From contig JAFZIU010000077.1 in NCBI GenBank assembly GCA_017554185.1, positions 182 through 64,181 of the forward strand: DNA of 64,000 nucleotides, in the 5' to 3' direction. Numbering within the stretch: the stretch's first letter is position 1; each line of letters starts with the position of its first letter. Made by a program: the position numbers and the translations under genes. Shown piece by piece: positions 44,114 through 53,138 of this stretch. Source of the stretch: Spirochaetia bacterium (GTDB taxonomy: Bacteria; Spirochaetota; Spirochaetia; CADAEX01). The notes under the pieces are model-generated. The model worked only from the letters and a program-made list of their open reading frames with translations, had not been told where the DNA came from and searched no databases.

Positions 44114-45706
44114 ATGAAAAAATTTTTAGCAGTAGTATTATTTGCACTTTTGATTATCAGCACCGGTGCTGCCAAGCCTTTGAACACTATCCAGGCAGGC
44201 CCTGGCATCGCAGTGGTCGAGACACAGTCCGGCACAGTACAGGGCTATGTCCACAATGGGGTATATACCTATCACGGCATTCCTTATGCACAGGCAGAAC
44301 GGTTTGCAGAACCCAAGCCGGTTGCAAAATGGGATGGAATCCGCCCTGCACTGGTATGGGGAGATATGGCTCCTCAGGACACCTCCCGGGAGAATGATAT
44401 GTTCCCAAGCCACTGGAACTGGCCCTACTGGGAACCCCATGTGCTCCCTATGAGCGAAGACTGCCTTAACCTCAATATATGGACCAACGGAATAAACGAC
44501 GGCAAGAAACGGCCTGTCATGGTATGGTTCCACGGCGGTGGCTTTGTAGTGGGCGGCGCTATCTCTGATATGGCATACGATGGCGAGAACCTGGCCCGCA
44601 CAGGAGATGTGGTTGTTGTTTCTGTAACCCACCGGCTGGGCGTACTGGGCTTCCTGGACCTGAGCGCATATGGCGATGAATACAAGCATTCCGGAAACCT
44701 GGGAATTGTAGACCTGGAAGCTTCTCTTAAGTGGATCCGCGACAACATAGCCCAGTTCGGCGGCGATCCAAACAATGTCACTATCTTCGGCCAGTCCGGT
44801 GGCGGAGCCAAGGTTCTCGCCCTTATGGCAACCCCTTCGGCGAAAGGCCTTTTCCATAAAGGTATAGTACAGAGCGCCGCACTTATCGAGGCAAACCCTG
44901 TAAGCCACAAAGTGGCAGAACTGGTTATGAAGAACCTGGGTGTATCAACTGTAGAACAGCTTAAGCAGGTTCCTTTCGACAAGCTTAATGCCGCAGGTTT
45001 CAAAGCAATGGCAAATGCAGGACAGAATATGTGGAGACCGATGGTAGACGGTGATTACATTCCAGAACCACCTGTAGCTGACAAGTTCACCTCTATCTCA
45101 AATGATGTACCTCTTATGATTGGAACAGCCCTTAACGAATGGGTGACACTCCTTGACCTTCCAAAGATGATGACACTCCAGAGCGACAATAAGAACAACT
45201 GGACCGATGAACAGGTAAAGCAGAAGATGAAAGAAAAGTACGGCGACAAGGCAGATGCGGTTGCGGCTGCATTCAAGAAGGCATATCCCAACAAAAAGCC
45301 TGCCGATGCCCTCTTTGTAGAAAATTGGCTGCGCCAGTATATGCTCCAGGCCATGAACACAAAGGCAGACCAGAAGGGCGCCCCTGTATACAGCTATGTA
45401 TTCACCTGGGAAACTCCGGTCATGGGCGGCTTTGCCATGAGCTACCACTGCTCCGAGCTCCCGTTCGTATTCAACAACATAGACCTGACACTTACTGCCA
45501 CCGGCGGTTCCAAGGAAGCACGTAAACTGGCCAGCACCATAAGTTCAGCATGGGTCAACTTTGCCCGCACTGGAAGTCCTGATGCAAAAGGACTGCCAAA
45601 GTGGGAACCTTACACAACAGAAAAAGGCGCTACTATGATCCTGGACAACAAGAGTGCCCTGGGGTACCACCACGATGCAGAGCTTCTTAAGTTGTTGACC
45701 CCATAG
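44114..45706 (+). CDS. type-B carboxylesterase/lipase (secreted)
   Basis: Signal peptide. VWFHGGGF oxyanion hole, GQSGGG nucleophile. Confidence 0.85.
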   Translation: MKKFLAVVLFALLIISTGAAKPLNTIQAGPGIAVVETQSGTVQGYVHNGVYTYHGIPYAQAERFAEPKPVAKWDGIRPALVWGDMAPQDTSRENDMFPSHWNWPYWEPHVLPMSEDCLNLNIWTNGINDGKKRPVMVWFHGGGFVVGGAISDMAYDGENLARTGDVVVVSVTHRLGVLGFLDLSAYGDEYKHSGNLGIVDLEASLKWIRDNIAQFGGDPNNVTIFGQSGGGAKVLALMATPSAKGLFHKGIVQSAALIEANPVSHKVAELVMKNLGVSTVEQLKQVPFDKLNAAGFKAMANAGQNMWRPMVDGDYIPEPPVADKFTSISNDVPLMIGTALNEWVTLLDLPKMMTLQSDNKNNWTDEQVKQKMKEKYGDKADAVAAAFKKAYPNKKPADALFVENWLRQYMLQAMNTKADQKGAPVYSYVFTWETPVMGGFAMSYHCSELPFVFNNIDLTLTATGGSKEARKLASTISSAWVNFARTGSPDAKGLPKWEPYTTEKGATMILDNKSALGYHHDAELLKLLTP

Positions 45707-45723
45707 TTTAAGTAATTATTTAT

Positions 45724-46599
45724 TCAGCACACAGTTCGCAAGGTCTCCAGGAACACTTCTCCTGCCCTTGTGAACTGCTGTCCTCTTCGCCATACCACAT
45801 ACATATTTGTCACAAGTTCAGGCATCAGTGGTTTGAAGCAGAGAGGAGAATCCTTGCTTGTATCAGTCAGCCCATCAAAAGTAAGCAGATACCCTACCCC
45901 GCCCCGGGCAAGAACACTTCCATTATAGGAAAGATCCAGGGTTGCCACCACATTAAGCTTAGATATATCATCCCCGAACCATTTAGGCAGGTCGGCCGCA
46001 AGGGCCTGTCTGGAGGCCATAAGAGGCTTTCCTATCAAATCCTTAGGTTCAATATAATCGCGGTCTGCAAGCTCGGCATCACACCTCATCACCACACCCC
46101 AGCGGTCAACAGAATGAACTGTAATTGAATTATATTTCTCCACATCCACATTCTCTACAATAACTGCAAAATCAAACAACCCTTTGTCCAGCTTCTCCAG
46201 CACCCGCTCGCTGTCTCCGGCATAAAGATGGTAGCGGATTTTCGGATGCTGCTTTTTCAAAAGCAATATTGTCTTAGCCAGGAAAGAGATATTCTTAGAC
46301 TCGGCACAGGCAATGGCAATATCACCCATAACTTCATCTTCCTTAAGCATCTTAAGGTCAAGCACTGTCTTATCTGCCATAGCGATGATATCCTCAGCCC
46401 GCTCCCTCAGAATCTCCCCTGCTGGAGTCAGCCGCATTGCATAATTGGTGCGCTCAAAAAGCTTTTCTCCAAGCTCCCATTCCAGATCCTTGATCTGGCG
46501 GCTTATAGTGGGCTGGGTCACGCTTAGCACCTCTGCTGCCTTGGTGATATTCTCAAGCCTGGCAACCTCTAAAAAATACTTTAATACCCGTAGTTCCAT
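45724..46599 (-). CDS. LysR family transcriptional regulator
   Basis: HTH MELRVLKYFLEVARLENITKAAEVLSVTQPTISRQIKDLE. ATG at 46599. Confidence 0.8.
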   Translation of the reverse strand: MELRVLKYFLEVARLENITKAAEVLSVTQPTISRQIKDLEWELGEKLFERTNYAMRLTPAGEILRERAEDIIAMADKTVLDLKMLKEDEVMGDIAIACAESKNISFLAKTILLLKKQHPKIRYHLYAGDSERVLEKLDKGLFDFAVIVENVDVEKYNSITVHSVDRWGVVMRCDAELADRDYIEPKDLIGKPLMASRQALAADLPKWFGDDISKLNVVATLDLSYNGSVLARGGVGYLLTFDGLTDTSKDSPLCFKPLMPELVTNMYVVWRRGQQFTRAGEVFLETLRTVC

Positions 46600-46712
46600 G
46601 GGATAAATATAGCATATTTCTTTTCCTTTGTCATTCATAAAAAGCATAACTGGCAATATAAACAAAGTATTGGTAATAACTGCTGCACTTTGCTATATTC
46701 AAACCATAGGAG

Positions 46713-47801
46713 ATGACTATGAAACTTACAAAATCAATCTTATTAATTGGAATCATCGCTCTGGCAGCATCTGCACTTAGCATGGCATCCTGCAAAACCA
46801 CAAAGGAGATATCAATGGATACAACATCAGCAAAAATTGAAAAGACTGAACATTACACATTTGAACTTGCAGAAAATGTAACCCGCACAAAGGTGACATT
46901 CAGGAACCATTTCGGAATCGAGCTGGCAGGCGACCTTTATGCACCAAAAGATGCACCACAGACAGGAAACGCAGCCCTTGCAATCAGCGGTCCTTTCGGA
47001 GCAGTCAAGGAGCAGTCATCGGGCTTCTATGCAAACCAGATGGCTTCCCGTGGCTTCATCGCCCTTGCATTTGACCCATCCTTCACCGGCGAATCTGGCG
47101 GAGAACCTCGTTACATGAACAGTCCCGACATCAACACCGAAGACTTTATGGCAGCAGTGGACTACCTTTCAACCAGAGACAACATCGACCCGGAGAAAAT
47201 CGGAATAATCGGTATCTGCGGCTGGGGCGGCATGGCAATTAACACAGCAGCAATTGATACAAGAATCAAAGCAACTGTAGCAAGCACTATGTACGATATG
47301 AGCCGTGTCGTTGCAAAAGGCTACTTTGACAGCGCAGACAGTGAGGATGCTCGGCATGGAATGCGGCAGGCACTTATGGCACAGAGAACCGAAGACTTCA
47401 AGAATGGCACATACAAGCTGGGCGGCGGCGTGGTCGATCCACTTCCTGCAGATGCACCTTACTTTGTAAAAGACTATTATGACTACTACAAGACACCACG
47501 GGGTTATCATGAGCGCTCCCTTAACTCAAACGGCGGTTGGGCAGTTCAGACAGGAACATCGCTTCTGAATGCAAAGCTTATGGCTTATTCTGACGAAATC
47601 CGCAGTGCAGTAATGGTACTCCACGGCGAAAAAGCACATTCCCGCTACTTCGGAGAGGATGCCTTCAAACGGCTTACCGGTGACAACAAGGAATTAGTGA
47701 TCATCCCTGGTGCAAGCCATACCGACCTGTATGACGGTGGCGCAAACAACGTAATTCCATTCGACAGACTTGCAGAGTTCTTTGATAAATATTTGAAATA
47801 A
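46713..47801 (+). CDS. dienelactone-hydrolase-like alpha/beta hydrolase (lipoprotein)
   Basis: Lipobox SMASC. GICGWGG resembles the DLH Cys-nucleophile elbow G-x-C-x-G-G. Confidence 0.6.
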   Translation: MTMKLTKSILLIGIIALAASALSMASCKTTKEISMDTTSAKIEKTEHYTFELAENVTRTKVTFRNHFGIELAGDLYAPKDAPQTGNAALAISGPFGAVKEQSSGFYANQMASRGFIALAFDPSFTGESGGEPRYMNSPDINTEDFMAAVDYLSTRDNIDPEKIGIIGICGWGGMAINTAAIDTRIKATVASTMYDMSRVVAKGYFDSADSEDARHGMRQALMAQRTEDFKNGTYKLGGGVVDPLPADAPYFVKDYYDYYKTPRGYHERSLNSNGGWAVQTGTSLLNAKLMAYSDEIRSAVMVLHGEKAHSRYFGEDAFKRLTGDNKELVIIPGASHTDLYDGGANNVIPFDRLAEFFDKYLK

Positions 47802-47812
47802 AAGAGGATATT

Positions 47813-48328
47813 ATGAGCAAAAAGATAATCGCGCTTATGGCGCTGGTACTGATTACCGGAATCATGGCAACAAATGTTACAGCACAGTCAAAAAAAGTTG
47901 CAAAGGATGGTGCAGCAATGCAGACAAAAGATAAATCTGTGGCAACCCGCGTCATCACAAATGGAACAAAGATTGTAATGCACTTCGGCAGCACAGAGAT
48001 TCCCGGAATCCTTAACGATTCAAAGACAGCTCAGGCCCTTATAAAGAATCTTCCGTATACTGTGCACATGAACCGTTACAGCCACGACTTCTGCGGCATC
48101 GTGCCGGCAAGAGATTTTCCCCATAACGAAAGCGAAGTTCATTATGGATGGCTCAATGGCGATATCGACTATGCAACCGACGGACCGTATTTCACAATCC
48201 TGTTTGAGGACGAAGAAGCTTCCGAGCGGTATGGAAACCAGGTCAACATCGGCGTGATCACCTGCCCTCTTGAAAAAATTTCTTCCCTTAAAGGAAGTTT
48301 TGATGTTAGAATTGAACTTGCCCAATAG
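47813..48328 (+). CDS. secreted cyclophilin-like-fold family protein (paralog 1)
   Basis: Signal peptide. Shares I.ING.T..ATL.DNS.S.A....LP.T..M with 48972..49424. Confidence 0.45.
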   Translation: MSKKIIALMALVLITGIMATNVTAQSKKVAKDGAAMQTKDKSVATRVITNGTKIVMHFGSTEIPGILNDSKTAQALIKNLPYTVHMNRYSHDFCGIVPARDFPHNESEVHYGWLNGDIDYATDGPYFTILFEDEEASERYGNQVNIGVITCPLEKISSLKGSFDVRIELAQ

Positions 48329-48337
48329 GAGGTTCTT

Positions 48338-48967
48338 ATGAAAAAGATCATCATGCTGATTGCTGCAATCGGCCTGATTATAGGCTTAACCAGCCCGGTC
48401 TTTGCACAGAACACGGTAAATGGAAAGAACTTAATCGTCTTCTTCTCCCTTTACGGCAACCAGAAGAGTGTACAGACCGATGCAGATTCAAGCGCAAGCC
48501 GGACCATATATAATGGCAAAGTGGCAGGCAACACAGAAATCATTGCCCAGATGATTCAGGAAGAAGTGGGCGGTGACATGGTGCTGCTTCAGACTGTCAA
48601 TAAATTTTCCAACGAATATAAAACCGTGATTGAAGAGGGAAAACACAATAAAAACACCAAGTTCAAGGAGACAACCAACAAGATTGATCTTAGCGGCTAC
48701 GAGAATATCTTTATCGGATTCCCGGCATGGTGGTACGATATGCCAGACCCACTTTTCGACTTCTTAGACAAACATGACTTAAGCGGTAAAAAGGTATATG
48801 TATTCGCCACAAGCGGCGGCAGCGGACTTATGCGGTCAATCAGCGGAATTCAGAAACTTGAACCGAATGCTGACGTGAACAAAACCGGTTTCCATGTGTT
48901 CTACACCCGCATTGCCGGCGCAAAAGAAGATGTGAAGGCATGGCTCAAGAAAGTCGGAGTAAAGTAA
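48338..48967 (+). CDS. flavodoxin with N-terminal signal peptide
   Basis: Signal peptide MKKIIMLIAAIGLIIGLTSPVFAQ, then a flavodoxin core (LIVFFSLYGN...YVFATSGGSG). Confidence 0.65.
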   Translation: MKKIIMLIAAIGLIIGLTSPVFAQNTVNGKNLIVFFSLYGNQKSVQTDADSSASRTIYNGKVAGNTEIIAQMIQEEVGGDMVLLQTVNKFSNEYKTVIEEGKHNKNTKFKETTNKIDLSGYENIFIGFPAWWYDMPDPLFDFLDKHDLSGKKVYVFATSGGSGLMRSISGIQKLEPNADVNKTGFHVFYTRIAGAKEDVKAWLKKVGVK

Positions 48968-48971
48968 ACCC

Positions 48972-49424
48972 ATGAAAAAACTGGTTGTTTTATCTTTGCT
49001 GCTTTTTATAAGTTCCGCTCTCTTTGCGGCTGAAAATGGAAACTCTGTGGGTAAAAACACTTTGGATGAAAAACTGATTATCAATATCAACGGCCAGACC
49101 GACCTTACTGCCACCCTGTATGACAACTCCTCAAGCAGGGCTATGGTGGAGCTCCTTAAGAAGGGGCCTGTCACCATAGATATGCACGATTTCTCCAATT
49201 TTGAGAAAGTGGGTGAACTTCCGGTGACACTGCCCAGAAACGATACCTACACCGAAACCGATTCAGGCGATCTCATCCTCTACCTGGGCAAGCGTTTTGT
49301 AATCTACTACGACAAGAACAGCTGGAATTTTACTCCGCTGGGAAAAGTTGAAGGTGTTTCAAAGCCAGAACTGAAAAAGATTCTTGGCAGCGGGAATGTG
49401 ACAGCGGTGTTGACACTTAGGTAG
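48972..49424 (+). CDS. secreted cyclophilin-like-fold family protein (paralog 2)
   Basis: Signal peptide. Paralog of 47813..48328. Confidence 0.45.
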   Translation: MKKLVVLSLLLFISSALFAAENGNSVGKNTLDEKLIININGQTDLTATLYDNSSSRAMVELLKKGPVTIDMHDFSNFEKVGELPVTLPRNDTYTETDSGDLILYLGKRFVIYYDKNSWNFTPLGKVEGVSKPELKKILGSGNVTAVLTLR

Positions 49425-49434
49425 GAAACTTGCT

Positions 49435-50505
49435 ATGCGTTCATTTTGTGTTGGAGCCCTTCTGATGACCGCTTTTTTACTCCTCCCCTGCCTGGCCTTT
49501 GCAGACGCAGCTGACTATGCAGCCCGGGCTTCCAACTTCGATGGGAAAATATTCCATAACGAACACGAGTTCATCCTCCTGATGAAAGATATCCCCAAGG
49601 ATGCTCCAACCAGTTTCCTTTCCGACAAAGAGACTGTCCCGGAAAGCAAACTCCCTCTTAAAACCCCTGATTTCACCGGCGACACTATGGGCGGGGAACT
49701 CTTTTTCACCTGGTTTGGCCACTCCACACTGCTTATCCAGATGGGTGGGAAAAATATACTTTTTGACCCGGTTTTCTCAAACCGCTCGTCGCCGGTGCAG
49801 TTTGCAGGCCCCAAGCGGTTCACCCCGCCCCCATGCACCATTGCCGACCTGCTGGAAATCGATATACTGATCATCTCCCACGACCACTACGACCACCTGG
49901 ACAAGAATGCAATTAAGAAAATCGATCCCAAGGTCAAGAAATATGTATGCCCCCTTGGAGTGGAGAAACGGCTTATAAAATTCGGCGTCCCAGGGGATAA
50001 GATCACAAACATGGCCTGGTGGGAGGAAATCAAGCTGGAAAGCATTGATATAGCCTGCACCCCTGCCCGCCATTTTTCTGCCAGATCCTTAACAGACCGC
50101 TTCGAGACCCTGTGGGCCTCCTGGGTGCTGTCCGACGGCAAATATAAAATCTTTGAAAGCGGCGACAGCGGCTGGGATGACCATTTCCAGCGCATCGGAG
50201 CCAAGTACGGCAGCTTTGACCTGGCCTTCATGGAAGCTGGGCAGTACAATATCCGCTGGCCGTCTGTGCACATGAAACCGGAAGAATCCTTCGAAGCAGC
50301 CAAAGCTGTAGGGGCAAAGCTGGTAGTCCCTATCCACTGGGGCACCTTTGTACTATCCAGCCACCCCTGGGACGACAGCGTCCAGCGGATGGTCAAGGCT
50401 GCCGACGGAAGCAACATCAAGATTATAACCCCATACATCGGGGAGACCGTGCCATTCTCCAGGATCCTGGACTACCAGGAACGCTGGTACGAACCGATCC
50501 GTTAA
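49435..50505 (+). CDS. secreted MBL-fold metallo-hydrolase (NAPE-PLD-like / Zn-dependent hydrolase)
   Basis: HxHxDH motif ISHDHYDHLD. Confidence 0.75.
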   Translation: MRSFCVGALLMTAFLLLPCLAFADAADYAARASNFDGKIFHNEHEFILLMKDIPKDAPTSFLSDKETVPESKLPLKTPDFTGDTMGGELFFTWFGHSTLLIQMGGKNILFDPVFSNRSSPVQFAGPKRFTPPPCTIADLLEIDILIISHDHYDHLDKNAIKKIDPKVKKYVCPLGVEKRLIKFGVPGDKITNMAWWEEIKLESIDIACTPARHFSARSLTDRFETLWASWVLSDGKYKIFESGDSGWDDHFQRIGAKYGSFDLAFMEAGQYNIRWPSVHMKPEESFEAAKAVGAKLVVPIHWGTFVLSSHPWDDSVQRMVKAADGSNIKIITPYIGETVPFSRILDYQERWYEPIR

Positions 50506-50554
50506 AAAGTAGTTATATATGGTATAATTCTGCCGATATAATAAATGTACCGGT

Positions 50555-51601
50555 ATGAAAAAAGATCTGTTCTGGACCATTGTAACGCTGATTCTCTCCA
50601 TCCTCACAATGTATATCTGCTTCTTCAAGAGCGGCCTTTCCTTCCAGGAGTTTGTGGAGGCAATCAAGCACGCCAACGTCCTTTGGCTTATCCCCGCAGT
50701 CCTCTGCATGTTCTGTTTCATCTGGTTCGAAGGGCACTCCCTTACCCTGATCTCCCGCTCCATGGGCTATCCGGTTCAGCACAGAAAAGGCTTCTTGTAT
50801 GCATCTGCCGACATCTACTTCTCGTCCATAACTCCATCTGCCACCGGCGGACAGCCTGCCAGCGCCTACTTCATGTATATCGACGGCCTTCCGGCCGAAG
50901 TTGTGACTGCAGCCCTCATCCTTAACCTGACCATGTACACATTGGCCATCATCACACTGGGACTGCTTTCTGTACTCTTCTTCCCAAGCATCTTCTTCCA
51001 GTTCCCTCTCTCCTGCAAGGTGATGATCCTGTTCGGCATTGTCTCCATGGTGCTGCTGACACTCTCATTCATCATCCTGCTTAAGAAAAAGGTTGTACTC
51101 CTCAAGATAAGCAGCATCATCTTCTATCTGCTGCGCAAGCTCCATTTCAAGGCCCTTTCGGCAAAGCTTGAGACAAGGTTCAACGCAGGAATGGAAAAGT
51201 ACAATCTGGTTGTCGAGCAGATTTCCGGCAAGACAGGACTTTTAAGCAGAATCTTCTTCCTTAACCTGCTGCAGCGTACATCTCAGATCCTGGTTCCTGT
51301 ATTTGTCTACTTTGCCCTTCACGGCAATTATTCAAACTGGCTTATGATATTCGTCATCCAGTGCTATGTGGTGGTGGGATCAAACTTCATCCCTATGCCT
51401 GGTGCGGTAGGAATCTCGGAATTCATCATGTTCTTCGGCTACTCAATGCTCATGGACAACAGCTTTGCCATAGAATTAGCAGTTGCAAGCCGTGGAATTT
51501 CATTCTATACTTGTAGTATAGTTTCCCTTATAACAGTAATATTGGGATACATCTTCATCAGGTTCATCAAAAACAGACGGAAAAGCGAGGTCCGGGAATG
51601 A
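50555..51601 (+). CDS. lysylphosphatidylglycerol-synthase-TM-like (flippase-like, UPF0104) membrane protein
   Basis: 348 aa, about 8 TM. 4-nt overlap with pssA. Confidence 0.65.
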   Translation: MKKDLFWTIVTLILSILTMYICFFKSGLSFQEFVEAIKHANVLWLIPAVLCMFCFIWFEGHSLTLISRSMGYPVQHRKGFLYASADIYFSSITPSATGGQPASAYFMYIDGLPAEVVTAALILNLTMYTLAIITLGLLSVLFFPSIFFQFPLSCKVMILFGIVSMVLLTLSFIILLKKKVVLLKISSIIFYLLRKLHFKALSAKLETRFNAGMEKYNLVVEQISGKTGLLSRIFFLNLLQRTSQILVPVFVYFALHGNYSNWLMIFVIQCYVVVGSNFIPMPGAVGISEFIMFFGYSMLMDNSFAIELAVASRGISFYTCSIVSLITVILGYIFIRFIKNRRKSEVRE

Positions 51602-52308
51602 TTGGTTTTTATGACTATACAGTAATCCTCACATATCTTTCCATGATTTCCGCCACATGCGGAATAATCTTCTGCCTGAATAATATAGGGCACCCTTATA
51701 TAGGTATGTTCTTCCTCCTGCTGTGCGGACTGTGTGACGCCTTTGACGGGAAGGTGGCCAGGACCAAGAAAAACAGGACCGAGCGGATGAAGAAGTTCGG
51801 CATCCAGATCGATTCCCTCTCGGACCTGATAGCTTTCGGAGTGCTGCCTGCCTGCATCGGAATTGCCATGATGCGGTGCAGTATATTCTACGAGACCCTG
51901 CCCAACACCATCTTCTTCTTAAAAATCACTGAACGGGCCATGGGGGTCAAGATAGCCTTCACTATAATTGCCACATTCTACACCCTTGCGGCTCTGATCC
52001 GCCTGGCATTCTTCAATGTACTGGAGGAGGAACGGCAGCAGACCGAAGATTCTGCAGGACGTTTCTTCCATGGACTTCCGGTCACCAGTGCAGCCCTGGT
52101 GTTCCCTACCGTACTGCTATGCCATATTGTGTTCAGCATGGACTTTACATTTCTCTATTGTGCCCTTATGGCATTAATGGGAATCCTGTTCATCTCCGAC
52201 ATAAAGGTAAAAAAACCTACCACAAAGGATGTCCTTGTGATGATTGCCTTCGGTGCTGCGGAGGCCATTGTACTGGGCCTTATATTCATCTTCCTGAAAA
52301 GCCGCTGA
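51598..52308 (+). CDS. pssA: CDP-alcohol phosphatidyltransferase, probable CDP-diacylglycerol--serine O-phosphatidyltransferase
   Basis: DG(x2)AR(x8)G(x3)D(x3)D motif (CDAFDGKVARTKKNRTERMKKFGIQIDSLSD). Directly upstream of psd. Confidence 0.7.
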   Translation: MIGFYDYTVILTYLSMISATCGIIFCLNNIGHPYIGMFFLLLCGLCDAFDGKVARTKKNRTERMKKFGIQIDSLSDLIAFGVLPACIGIAMMRCSIFYETLPNTIFFLKITERAMGVKIAFTIIATFYTLAALIRLAFFNVLEEERQQTEDSAGRFFHGLPVTSAALVFPTVLLCHIVFSMDFTFLYCALMALMGILFISDIKVKKPTTKDVLVMIAFGAAEAIVLGLIFIFLKSR

Positions 52309-52323
52309 AACACCGGGACTGCC

Positions 52324-53136
52324 ATGGACGGGCTGAACTTCTTATATAAGACTCCCTTTGGAAGATGTGTCTTAAAGCTTCTTGCATCTCGTCCTGTCTC
52401 AAAGCTGTGCGGCGCATTCCTGGATTCCAGGCTCTCTGCCTTCCTTATCAAAAGCTTTGTCAGAAAAAACAATATAGACTGCAGCGACTACGAGCTTGAC
52501 GGGATAAAAACCTTCAACCAGTTCTTCCGCCGCAGGATCAAAGAGGGGAAACGCCCCTTCGATATAGAGTCACAGCATCTTCCTGCCCCCTGCGACGGTC
52601 TTCTTACCGTCTATCCAATAAATGACGAATGTACAGTGATACCTGTAAAGCAGTCGGCTTACACAATCACCTCGCTCTTGAAAGATAAAGAACTTGCCAC
52701 AAGATATTCGGGGGGATGGTGCCTGGTGTTCCGCCTCTGCGTTGACAACTACCATCGGTATGCCTACCCTGTTTCCGGGGTTAAGGGACCCAACATCTTT
52801 ATTCCGGGAATACTGCATACAGTGCAGCCCATTGCCCTGGAAGAGTTTCCTGTGTTTGCCCAGAACTGCCGCGAATACACCGTAATTGAATCAGACCAGT
52901 TCGGCAAAGTGGTGCAGATGGAAGTAGGTGCCATGCTGGTAGGAAGAATCGTAAACCTGGAGCAGGAGGGAAAGGCCGAGCGCGGCATGGAGAAAGGCTA
53001 TTTTGAATACGGTGGCTCCACAGTCATCCTGCTGATAGAGAAAGATAAGCTTTCAGTCCGCCAGGACATTATTGAAAACACCCAGAACGGAACTGAAACC
53101 CCAGTCAAGATGGGTGAATATGTGGGAACCAGATAA
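52324..53136 (+). CDS. psd: phosphatidylserine decarboxylase proenzyme
   Basis: Self-cleavage GST motif (FEYGGSTV) and conserved His and Asp. Confidence 0.85.
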   Translation: MDGLNFLYKTPFGRCVLKLLASRPVSKLCGAFLDSRLSAFLIKSFVRKNNIDCSDYELDGIKTFNQFFRRRIKEGKRPFDIESQHLPAPCDGLLTVYPINDECTVIPVKQSAYTITSLLKDKELATRYSGGWCLVFRLCVDNYHRYAYPVSGVKGPNIFIPGILHTVQPIALEEFPVFAQNCREYTVIESDQFGKVVQMEVGAMLVGRIVNLEQEGKAERGMEKGYFEYGGSTVILLIEKDKLSVRQDIIENTQNGTETPVKMGEYVGTR

Positions 53137-53138
53137 TT

